Assembly: GCA_965222575.1 (NCBI GenBank)
Contig: OZ244958.1
Location: forward strand, 32,001-96,000
Length of the DNA stretch: 64,000 nucleotides
Direction: 5' to 3'
Source of the DNA: Alphaproteobacteria bacterium
GTDB taxonomy: Bacteria > Pseudomonadota > Alphaproteobacteria > G965222575
This document shows positions 1-8,034 of the stretch, piece after piece. The position numbers and the translations under genes were made by a program. The notes below the pieces were generated by a model that saw nothing but the letters and a program-made list of their open reading frames with translations, was not told where the DNA came from and did not search any database. Within the stretch, counting starts at the first letter, position 1. Every line of letters starts with the position of its first letter.

Positions 1-1702
1 CCTGTAATTGGTGGTAATAGCCAATCATAAAGCGCCCCTGATTCTCTAGGGATAGGGTCTTAGGAATGCACTCTTTTCCTCCAATTTTATAAAAAATTTC
101 ACACAAAAGCTTCTCATAATGGATTTTGAAACCCGTTTCTAACTTTCCTAAATGGTACTTTGCGAGTTTATCTAATACAGGAAAAACAGTCGCTGGATGA
201 GAAGAGGCCTTAGAGTAATATCGATCTGTGATAGTACTTCCAATGCCAGGATTGGCGTCCTTTTGGATTTTTTCCAGCACGGCAAAAGCACGCCCAAGAC
301 AATATGCTGTATTATTGTTTTCTTTGTCTAAACTCATTTTTAAGTCCTCATTTTTGTTACGATTAAGCCAAGCCTTGATAAGGGAGGCACGCGTGTGGTT
401 AACATTTGCCTCCGGGTTTTTACAGCGGGCAACTGCCGCACTTAACACTGTATAAGGATAGGGAGTGCCAGTAAGAATACTCCGCATCATCTCTCCTCCC
501 ATCTTCGGAGGAATATTTTTCCAGTCTTCCTGTACAGCAATACTTTTCAGAAGGAGATTTAGCGGTTTATATTCGTTCGCATACGGAGGAACTACAATCT
601 TTAATTCTTCAAAGTATTGTTGATATTTCTTACTGAGGTCTTCCACTGTCCCTGTAAACCAAAAGCGAATGGAAATACGGGCTGCATTTGGTGATAACCC
701 TAGAAGATGGTAGCTATTTTTTCCTTCATCTCTACTAAATTTTCCACTGTTTATTGATTCTAAAAGAGCTTTAACTACCTCCGTATACTTATCAGGGGGG
801 GTATCCTCTTTCTGACTTCTTTCTTTTTCTTCTTTTACGTCTTTTACGCCAAATAATGCTGTTGCAAACTTTTCAGCGTCATCATCTGCTTCTTTCAACC
901 AGAACACTGTGGTCGTATCACCAACCTTATATTTAAGATCGCTCCCTTTCCGAAGCAAGTCGCTAAGAGCAGAAACATAGGAAAGGGTAGCCTCCCGACT
1001 AACGGGAGCATTGCGTCCCTGTTCCTGACCATAGGAGCAAAAAACATCCTCATTGAAAGAGACAATATTTGCCCCCGAGGTGTTTGCTCCACTCACATTC
1101 TTGATGGACTTATGCAATCTTGTAGGGTCACACGACTCTCCCGTTAGCAAACAGATCATCTGTGCTCCGTCAGAATTATCCTCCGCCGAGACAAAGTCGA
1201 AGACAAAGTCTTTGATCCCCTCTTCGAGGGGCTCTTTGAATATGATATCAGATATTAACTCCCCGCCTATTCTGAAAGTAACATTGCCAGCCTTCTCATA
1301 TTCTTCCTTAAAAGAGGGGGCATTTTTAACCGCTTCTAGAGGACTGTTCTTTAAGAATCTCAGTACAATATCAAGGCATTCCTTCCTTTTCTCATTTTCA
1401 ATACATGCAGCAAACTCTTTTTGTTTTTCTATAAAGGCTTTGTGCTTTTCGTCCACATTCTTTTTATCATCATTGACACCCAACACATATGTAGGGTTAT
1501 CGCAAAGCAAATTCGGCAATATGTTATTGCTTTTCTTCACTCTTAGTGGCACAGTGTATTCATTCTCTTTATCGTAAGTAAGATTAACGATTTCTGCCTG
1601 TTCATTGAGTACGACTTCTAGGACATTCTTTTGCTCCACAAGATGGAGTGGAAGAAGATTTCGTTTGCGTTGATAGTATGTGTGTAAAGCCTGTAAAATC
1701 AT
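1..1702 (-). CDS. cas8c: Type I-C Cascade large subunit Cas8c/Csd1 (3' end just beyond left edge)
   Basis: Not in the ORF track because its stop lies outside the window. Translation from ATG at 1702 begins MILQALHTYYQRK, and the same frame ends LSLENQGRFMIGYYHQLQ at the edge, matching Cas8c N- and C-terminal motifs. Starts 1 bp after the cas5c stop. Confidence 0.9.
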   Translation of the reverse strand, partial: MILQALHTYYQRKRNLLPLHLVEQKNVLEVVLNEQAEIVNLTYDKENEYTVPLRVKKSNNILPNLLCDNPTYVLGVNDDKKNVDEKHKAFIEKQKEFAACIENEKRKECLDIVLRFLKNSPLEAVKNAPSFKEEYEKAGNVTFRIGGELISDIIFKEPLEEGIKDFVFDFVSAEDNSDGAQMICLLTGESCDPTRLHKSIKNVSGANTSGANIVSFNEDVFCSYGQEQGRNAPVSREATLSYVSALSDLLRKGSDLKYKVGDTTTVFWLKEADDDAEKFATALFGVKDVKEEKERSQKEDTPPDKYTEVVKALLESINSGKFSRDEGKNSYHLLGLSPNAARISIRFWFTGTVEDLSKKYQQYFEELKIVVPPYANEYKPLNLLLKSIAVQEDWKNIPPKMGGEMMRSILTGTPYPYTVLSAAVARCKNPEANVNHTRASLIKAWLNRNKNEDLKMSLDKENNNTAYCLGRAFAVLEKIQKDANPGIGSTITDRYYSKASSHPATVFPVLDKLAKYHLGKLETGFKIHYEKLLCEIFYKIGGKECIPKTLSLENQGRFMIGYYHQLQ

Positions 1703-1703
1703 G

Positions 1704-2381
1704 TTATTTCCATACTCTTTCCCATGGCGTACTTTCAGAAGAAGGACGTATCTCTTGACTATGCCACTGGGGGAGTTTTATTGTCCCGTTTTCCATTTTT
1801 GCATGAAAAAATCTTGGATCGGCCTTATTGGGATTCTTGGGGTCAGGAAAATCCATGTCATAGAGCATCCATCCTAAATCCCGTGTTTCCTCTATGGTCT
1901 TTTCGGGTGCTGATTCTTCCATGAGACGGAAGGAACAGGAAAACTCTCGCGTCCCTAAATAGGGCTGATTAAAACATTGACCCTTGCGCGCACGGCGCGT
2001 GAACATCTCTACAGACTTACGATAGTTCTCCCCAGAACACTCTTGAGAGGCTTTGAGACACCCATGGAGTCTATAGGCAACATCACGTAAAAAGAGCCCT
2101 GCACGTTGCTGGCGGTTGTCCTCAATGTATTTGGGAGAAGATTGTTTAGATACCCTGATGCCCTTAAGCTCATTTCGTCTCAGATTCATCCACTTGATGG
2201 GTTTTAACACCTCAATGCGCGTGATTTGCCAAAAAATCCCCGGCTTCCAGAAAATCGCATCAAAAATAGCACGGGCCGCCGACGGCGTTATCACATCGTA
2301 AGATACCCGCTCAACCTTCATCTCCGGGCGCGTAAAACAGGCAAAATCCCCTTCTACATGCAAACAAAATTCCTTGCTCAT
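1704..2381 (-). CDS. cas5c: Type I-C CRISPR-associated protein Cas5c (Cas5d)
   Basis: GDFACFTRPEMKVERVSYDVITPSAARAIFDAIFWKP and GQCFNQPYLGTREF motifs. Confidence 0.96.
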   Translation of the reverse strand: MSKEFCLHVEGDFACFTRPEMKVERVSYDVITPSAARAIFDAIFWKPGIFWQITRIEVLKPIKWMNLRRNELKGIRVSKQSSPKYIEDNRQQRAGLFLRDVAYRLHGCLKASQECSGENYRKSVEMFTRRARKGQCFNQPYLGTREFSCSFRLMEESAPEKTIEETRDLGWMLYDMDFPDPKNPNKADPRFFHAKMENGTIKLPQWHSQEIRPSSESTPWERVWK

Positions 2382-2397
2382 CCTTTCCTATCTTCTC

Positions 2398-4641
2398 TCA
2401 AAGAACAGTATCTTCAACAGACAACTCCCATGTTATGCCTGTCTTGTCCTTATAAACACCTTTTAAGACTTTATAATAGAGATTATCTCCAATTTCTTCA
2501 ACCATTTTTATTGCTTTCAATTTCAATAATTCTTTTGGATAGAGTCCAACGGTGTAACGCTGGAGTCTTCGTAGGATAAACCCCAGAGGCTTTTCTTCAC
2601 GCACTTGATGTTTAAGTGCGTAAAGCGCCTTTTCAGCCTCTTTATTATAGGGAACAAAAACCGAAGTCGTTTTATCCTCAATGAACTGAAAGTCCTTGCC
2701 TGCTGTGCGAAATTGAAATGTCCCTTGGGCAGCATCTCTTTGCAGTTTCTCCTCCATTTTAGATGTATCAAAAGCGTCTTCTTTGCGGTTGCTCCTTCTA
2801 AATAAACACTCAAAATATTGTTGACATAGTTCCGGGGTCTCCAGATTATTGATATCAAAGTCTTCTCGTGAACAAAGAGATATCATAACATTTTTGCCAT
2901 CCTTAAGCCTTCCTTTTGGAGGCTCAGACGGAAAAACATACACATCCCCTTTTTCGAGTTTCCCTTCCCGATTACAACGGCCAGCGGCCTGAACAATAGA
3001 GTCCAATCCCGCTAAAGCACGAAACACAACAGGAAAATCTAAATCAACCCCAGCCTCAATAAGATTAGTACTAATGACCCAAGTTGGCTCTCTTCTCTCT
3101 AAGCGCTGACGAATTGTCTCAATAACCTCAGAGCGATGCTGCGCACACATCAATGTGGATAAATGATACACTTCTTCAGTTGGTCTCTTGCAAGAGACCA
3201 ACTGAAATAGCTCTAAGGCCTCTTTACGCTTATGAACAACACACAAACCGCTTTCATGCTCCAATATCCGCGGACAAATATCTTCCCATGAAGATTCTTT
3301 ACACAACTCTTTCTGATTCGGAAAATGATACCGAACGCGACTAAGTTTTTCGTAGTATTCTTCAGGGGCTTGAAGTATCTCTTTCGTCAAGATTTTCTCT
3401 AGCTTTTCTCTCCCTAGGAAATCAGTGTGCTTGTCAAAATTAAGAGGCGTTGCAGTAGACAACAAAAACGTCACCCCATAGCTCTCTTGAAGCACTCTTA
3501 TTATATGCCGAATAGGGTTTTGGTGCTCTAAGGGCAACAATTGCCATTCATCGAGAACAATAATACTATCAACAAGGTTGTGCAGTTTTCGGCACCGACT
3601 AGGACGGGCAGCATAAAGGGATTCAAAGAGCTGTACTGTTGTGGTAATGATTAAAGGAGCATCCCAATTTTCAGCAGCTAACCGCACCCAATGCTCCACA
3701 GAGCCCGGTCTCTCCTCCTCCTTTTTATCCGGGTCCATATTGCTATGGTGCTCCAGAATAATGTTTTCATCTTTCAGCCGAGCAAAGACCTTCCGAAAGG
3801 TATCGGCTGTTTGCTCTATAATACTTGTATAAGGAATGGCATAGATGATTCTGGATTTTTTGTGTTTGATTGCGTGTTCTAAGGCAAATCCTAAACTCGA
3901 CAAGGTCTTGCCGCCACCCGTAGGAACCGTTAGTGTGAATACACCGGGGGGCTTGTGCCCAGAGGCTTGGCATTGCTCTAAGATTTTTGAACGCATGCAA
4001 TTGATAGGCGTCGTTTTATCTGTCAAACGCTCCATATAGCCCGTAAAGCACTCAGACATCTCCTCCATTTTCACAGAGGTTTCGCGCTTATGTGACTGCT
4101 CTTTATTCATAAATTCTTCCGTATCAAGATAATCGGCATCCACAAGACAAGAAAATACCATGCGTATCCATACATGTAGCTCCTCACACTTCTTTACATC
4201 CTCGGGAAGGGTAGGCGTACTATTGCTATTCTTTTTAATGTTTTCTGGTGCTTGCTCTAGTGCTTGTGTTAGGAATTTTTTGTCTTCGTCAAAAATCTCC
4301 GTTAGACTTCGTCCATTTCCACAAACATAATCAGGTAATCCGGCATGGTGTCCAGCAATTATATAGGCAAGGATTTTTCCAAAGCATTCTCCAAGTTCTT
4401 GATGAGCGTATAGTGCGCCAGTGGAGGCATGGTGTGTGTCATTGGATTTTTTTACTTTTCCTCGAAGATAGCATTGAAAGGGACGACGATATTTCCCAAA
4501 ATCGTGCCATAGCCCTGCCAGATAAGCCCATTGCTTTCCTATTTTTTCTCCGGCAAATTGTTCCGCCAATTGAGCAACTCTAAGGAGATGTTCCTCGAGC
4601 TTATGTTCCCTTTTATCTTTCAAGTGAGCTAAAAATAGCAT
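2398..4641 (-). CDS. cas3: CRISPR-associated HD nuclease/helicase Cas3
   Basis: HD domain (LEEHL, LWHDFGKY, GHHAGLPD, LVDADYLDT), Walker A PTGGGKT, motif II DEWQ, EAGVDLDF, QAAGRCNREG. Confidence 0.96.
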   Translation of the reverse strand: MLFLAHLKDKREHKLEEHLLRVAQLAEQFAGEKIGKQWAYLAGLWHDFGKYRRPFQCYLRGKVKKSNDTHHASTGALYAHQELGECFGKILAYIIAGHHAGLPDYVCGNGRSLTEIFDEDKKFLTQALEQAPENIKKNSNSTPTLPEDVKKCEELHVWIRMVFSCLVDADYLDTEEFMNKEQSHKRETSVKMEEMSECFTGYMERLTDKTTPINCMRSKILEQCQASGHKPPGVFTLTVPTGGGKTLSSLGFALEHAIKHKKSRIIYAIPYTSIIEQTADTFRKVFARLKDENIILEHHSNMDPDKKEEERPGSVEHWVRLAAENWDAPLIITTTVQLFESLYAARPSRCRKLHNLVDSIIVLDEWQLLPLEHQNPIRHIIRVLQESYGVTFLLSTATPLNFDKHTDFLGREKLEKILTKEILQAPEEYYEKLSRVRYHFPNQKELCKESSWEDICPRILEHESGLCVVHKRKEALELFQLVSCKRPTEEVYHLSTLMCAQHRSEVIETIRQRLERREPTWVISTNLIEAGVDLDFPVVFRALAGLDSIVQAAGRCNREGKLEKGDVYVFPSEPPKGRLKDGKNVMISLCSREDFDINNLETPELCQQYFECLFRRSNRKEDAFDTSKMEEKLQRDAAQGTFQFRTAGKDFQFIEDKTTSVFVPYNKEAEKALYALKHQVREEKPLGFILRRLQRYTVGLYPKELLKLKAIKMVEEIGDNLYYKVLKGVYKDKTGITWELSVEDTVL

Positions 4642-4666
4642 AAACGCTTTTCAATTTTTAATTGTC

Positions 4667-4708
4667 AGTATTATTGTACACTTTAATACTTCTGAGATAC
4701 AAATCTCA
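4667..4708 (-). promoter_or_regulatory. Putative cas3 promoter with two overlapping inverted repeats
   Basis: Minus strand TTGTAT-18bp-TACAAT about 30 bp before the cas3 ATG. Inverted repeats AGTATTA/TAATACT (4667-4690) and TGAGAT/ATCTCA (4693-4708). Confidence 0.4.
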
Positions 4709-4842
4709 AGAGGAAACTATTAGGAGCGGTGGAAAAATTGATGGGGAGAACTTGCTGGAGATTACAGCACATACCCCATGCTCACAGCAACCCTGAAGAA
4801 CACTATTGGTAGTTATTTAAGAGAAGATACTTTTCTCTACTC

Positions 4843-4877
4843 AAAAAAAAGAGGCTTACCACGAAGGGTAAGCCTCT
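4843..4877 (-). terminator. Rho-independent terminator
   Basis: GAGGCTTACC-CTTCGT-GGTAAGCCTC perfect 10-bp stem followed by T8 on the minus strand. Confidence 0.8.
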
Positions 4878-4908
4878 GGCCTCGCAGCCGAAGCTACAAG
4901 GGGAATTA
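4843..4908 (-). ncRNA. Candidate ~65-nt small RNA (two hairpins, own promoter)
   Basis: TTGACA (4942-4937), 17-bp spacer, TG-n-CACTCT, then AATTCCC, an 8-bp C(UUCG)G hairpin (4881-4900) and the terminator hairpin. No start codon. Confidence 0.55.
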
Positions 4909-5032
4909 ACAATAGAGTGACATATCTGTGCAGCTTTGTCAAAGCAACTTTTTCAAGATTCAATATCAGTATTCTCACTCAAGAGAGTATAGACAGCAAA
5001 GACTTATAGATAGCGCATTGCTGTGATGTCTC

Positions 5033-5498
5033 TTAAGCGCTAGACACATGGCGGTGTATCCAGTCTATAAATTCCTCTTCTGTCACACTATGATCGGCAA
5101 TCCCAACACACACGTTTTCTATGTCTTCTGTAAGCCGGTTTCTTGCCTCCTACCCATTCTCTTTGCTTCTATAAGTACCCCCTTTGTTGTTCCAAAAAAT
5201 ATATTTTTGCATTTATGATCCTCACCTGATTCTCCAGCAGAAAAAGGGCACATGTAATCCAGCCTATGCGTTTGTTTCCATCTAGGAAGGGATGGTTTTG
5301 AATGAGACTGCACGCATAACAAGTAGCAAGCACTACAATATCATCAATGCCTTGATAATAATGAAGATTCTTAGGGCGTTCTATGGCAGAGATGAGTAAT
5401 CCTTCATCCCGCAGACCAGAAAGCCCACCGCCATATTTAGCCATTTGCTGATGATAGGCATCAAGGACTGTATCTTTATCAATCCATTGGATGGTCAA
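5033..5498 (-). pseudogene. doc: Doc/Fic-family (death-on-curing) toxin interrupted by an ~80-bp insertion
   Basis: ORF 5169-5498 has GLRDEGLLISAIERP and the Fic motif HPFLDGNKR. The expected C-terminus EDIENVCVGIADHSVTEEEFIDWIHRHVSSA* lies in another frame at ~5033-5130. Confidence 0.8.
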
Positions 5499-5504
5499 GA
5501 TATA

Positions 5505-5645
5505 TCAACGCTTAGCAAGTCTTTTCAGAGCCTCATGATCTCGGCGCATAATCTCTTTGACCAGCTCTTGATTGGTCTTGCGATCAGGGCGAGGAGGGCT
5601 ATGGGGTTTCCTTGAGATTTTCTCTTTAAGGGGGGTTGGCTTCAT
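5505..5645 (-). CDS. Short antitoxin of the Doc module (46 aa)
   Basis: MKPTPLKEKISRKPHSPPRPDRKTNQELVKEIMRRDHEALKRLAKR*, preceded by a GGAGAG RBS and ending 6 bp before doc. The C-terminal EIMRR..ALKRLAK helix resembles Doc-associated antitoxins. Confidence 0.65.
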   Translation of the reverse strand: MKPTPLKEKISRKPHSPPRPDRKTNQELVKEIMRRDHEALKRLAKR

Positions 5646-5731
5646 TGTTACTCTCCATATTGACCCTAAGTATACACAATTGTGTAGAAAAATGCAAATC
5701 TCTAAAGAGAGGACTAGAAAGACTTTTCGTC

Positions 5732-5760
5732 TTGACTTCTCCTTAAATTTCTTCTATAGA
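5732..5760 (+). promoter_or_regulatory. sigma70-type promoter for the riboswitch-btuB transcript
   Basis: TTGACT-17bp-TATAGA immediately upstream of the riboswitch. Confidence 0.55.
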
Positions 5761-5769
5761 AACTAGTGC

Positions 5770-5955
5770 TAGAGGTGACGGTTTTTCACAAGCCGTAAAA
5801 AGGGAAGTATGGTGCGGAATTCCTCCAAAACCATCGCTGCTCCCGCAACTGTAGGCGACGAGCCTCATAGTCAAAGTACCCACTGACCGCAAAGCGTACG
5901 CGGTTGGGAAGGAAGACTGTGAAGCGTACAACTCGCAAGCCAGGAAACCTGCCTC
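5770..5955 (+). promoter_or_regulatory. Cobalamin (B12) riboswitch
   Basis: Conserved blocks in order: AAAAGGGAAgtatGGTG, CCCGCAACTGT, CCACTG, GGGAAGG, AGCCAGGAAACCTGCC (B12 box). Lies upstream of a TonB-dependent receptor. Confidence 0.93.
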
Positions 5956-6061
5956 TACGCCATCATCGTACCTGCTACACGGGAAGCGTACAGGAACGTC
6001 AACGTTCAGGTGATGTACAACAAATCTGCCCCATCCCGTTGGCTAGAGAATAAGATTAGGT

Positions 6062-7933
6062 GTGCATATGAAGAAATGGGTACCCATTGGGACTATACTA
6101 TCTCTTTGCTTTTCTTACCTGCCTATGGCACTGACAAAACCTCTCCATCTCTCCATTTTCGTCCCTAAAGACTTACAAGACAATGCCTTCGGTTCTCGCT
6201 TCACAACCATCACAGAAGAGCAACTCAAACACCAATACATCTCAACCTTCACAGATGCCTTACAAAATGTTCCCGGCCTCAACATAGGACAAAGCGGTAG
6301 CATAGGGGGACTGAGCTCCGTTTGGATACGCGGGGCGGAATCAAACCATTTTGCCCTCTTCATCAATGACATAGAGATTCCAAGATTTTCCGGTAGCCCA
6401 GACTTGTCTAAAATCCCTAGTAACCAAATTGAACGCATCATAATCACACGCGGACCCCAAGGAGACCTTTCCGGTGCGGCAGCAGGAGCTATTCATATCT
6501 ACACATACAACAAGGCATTTTCTACCAAAGACTCTGTCCTCACAGTACGAGCTGGTCATACAACCTCTTTGTCTCTCCATCTTGAAAACGCCACCGATAC
6601 AACAACAGTCCAAAGTCGCTTATCATACCAACAAGACCAGGGCTGGGATGCTTCTCTTGACCTGAATGGGCAAAAAGATGGCGCTAGACATTTTGCGCTG
6701 TCTCTGAATACAACACATGCACTACAATCCTCTCTCTTAGTGTCTGCTAATATGCTCTATGCCAACATAACCAGTGAGTTTGATAACATCTCCCCCGGCT
6801 GCGGCTCCACAGCGTGCTATGTCAAAGAAGCCCCTTATACCTCCAACACGCAACTCGGGGGATTTCGCGTGAGCGGAACATACCAACAGGGAAACCTCGT
6901 CCACACACCAAACTTCTCTCTGTTTCGAGAGACTTCAACATACAAAAGCACCACCACCGCAAGCTCTACAGATACAGTGGCTCTTGCCCAGTATCAAGTC
7001 TCCTACAAAGAGGGGACACACCAGACAATAAAGGCTACACTAGCCTACAAGGTGGAAACATTTGCGAATTCTTACGCAGGGAAAACCCCCAAAAGTCGCA
7101 CGCAACGCAGTCTCATTTTAGGATATCAAGGACATATCACAAAGACCTTTCGTCTACGCACTAGTCTCCGACTTGAAGACAATGACCGATTCCAAAATGC
7201 CACCGGATGGTCTATAGCTAGTTCCTACGATATCATCCCTTCCTTCCTACGCCTTCATGGCTCCATAGGGCAAGGGCAAGTGCCACCAACCTTCTTTGAA
7301 CAATTCGGCTTTATCCCAGGGGAATTTATGGGCAATTCCTCACTGAAACCAGAAAAAACACTGGGGGGAGATACCGGGCTTACACTCTTTCTCTGGGGCA
7401 ACGCTACCTTCATTGACCTCACCATCTTCAAGAGCGTACTCACCAACGAAATCAAAGGATACGGCCAATCTGTACAGAACCTCACGCAAAAGAGTCTCCG
7501 CACAGGCCTCGAGATGACCTTTGAGACAACATCGTCAACCCTCTTTTCTCTCAGAGCCTCCTATACCTATCTCAAGGCAACAGACGCCCACGGAAAGCCC
7601 GAAACACGACGCCCCACACATACCGCTTCTGTGCAGCTCTCTTTGTTACTCGCCAAGAATTTTCGCATCAGTGTCAACACGACCTACAGCGGACGTTCCC
7701 TGCAACAGGACTTCAGTGCCTCCTCCGCCGCCTCCGCCTCCTCCGCCTCCGCCGCCGCCCCCATCCTCATCACCCGCCCCGCTAGCATAGCCCTCTCTTT
7801 ACAAGCCGGACTCTCTCTCAGCAAACAACTAGAACTCTTCTCATCCTTCTCAGCACCAACCCAACACGCCACCCCTCTCGGCTACGCAAAAAGACCATTC
7901 AGAATCCTCATCGGCATGCAAATAAAACAGTAA
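6062..7933 (+). CDS. btuB: TonB-dependent receptor, probable vitamin B12 transporter
   Basis: Plug motifs DALQNVPGL, SVWIRGAESNH, IERIIITRGPQ; barrel motifs GNSSLKPEK, SYTYLKA, RRPTHTAS; B12 riboswitch upstream. Confidence 0.85.
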   Translation: MHMKKWVPIGTILSLCFSYLPMALTKPLHLSIFVPKDLQDNAFGSRFTTITEEQLKHQYISTFTDALQNVPGLNIGQSGSIGGLSSVWIRGAESNHFALFINDIEIPRFSGSPDLSKIPSNQIERIIITRGPQGDLSGAAAGAIHIYTYNKAFSTKDSVLTVRAGHTTSLSLHLENATDTTTVQSRLSYQQDQGWDASLDLNGQKDGARHFALSLNTTHALQSSLLVSANMLYANITSEFDNISPGCGSTACYVKEAPYTSNTQLGGFRVSGTYQQGNLVHTPNFSLFRETSTYKSTTTASSTDTVALAQYQVSYKEGTHQTIKATLAYKVETFANSYAGKTPKSRTQRSLILGYQGHITKTFRLRTSLRLEDNDRFQNATGWSIASSYDIIPSFLRLHGSIGQGQVPPTFFEQFGFIPGEFMGNSSLKPEKTLGGDTGLTLFLWGNATFIDLTIFKSVLTNEIKGYGQSVQNLTQKSLRTGLEMTFETTSSTLFSLRASYTYLKATDAHGKPETRRPTHTASVQLSLLLAKNFRISVNTTYSGRSLQQDFSASSAASASSASAAAPILITRPASIALSLQAGLSLSKQLELFSSFSAPTQHATPLGYAKRPFRILIGMQIKQ

Positions 7934-7961
7934 ATGTCTTTACCGGTTATTAAAAAAACAC

Positions 7962-7990
7962 TTGAAAATCCATAATATTTTTGTTATAAT
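7962..7990 (+). promoter_or_regulatory. Near-consensus sigma70 promoter for the S8 array
   Basis: TTGAAA-17bp-TATAAT with extended -10 TG, 44 bp before the ATG at 8035. Confidence 0.7.
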
Positions 7991-8034
7991 TCCAAGACCC
8001 GTTGCCTTCTAGTAAACTGAAGCAAACACATACC

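Noticed and set aside
228-1577. Plus-strand ORFs 228-455 and 1053-1577
   Set aside because: Antisense to cas8c, which occupies 1-1702 on the minus strand.
4700-4842. Possible RelE/YoeB-like remnant (KLMG/ELAGDYS after a frameshift) on the + strand
   Set aside because: Too short, needs a frameshift, and cannot be distinguished from chance without a search.
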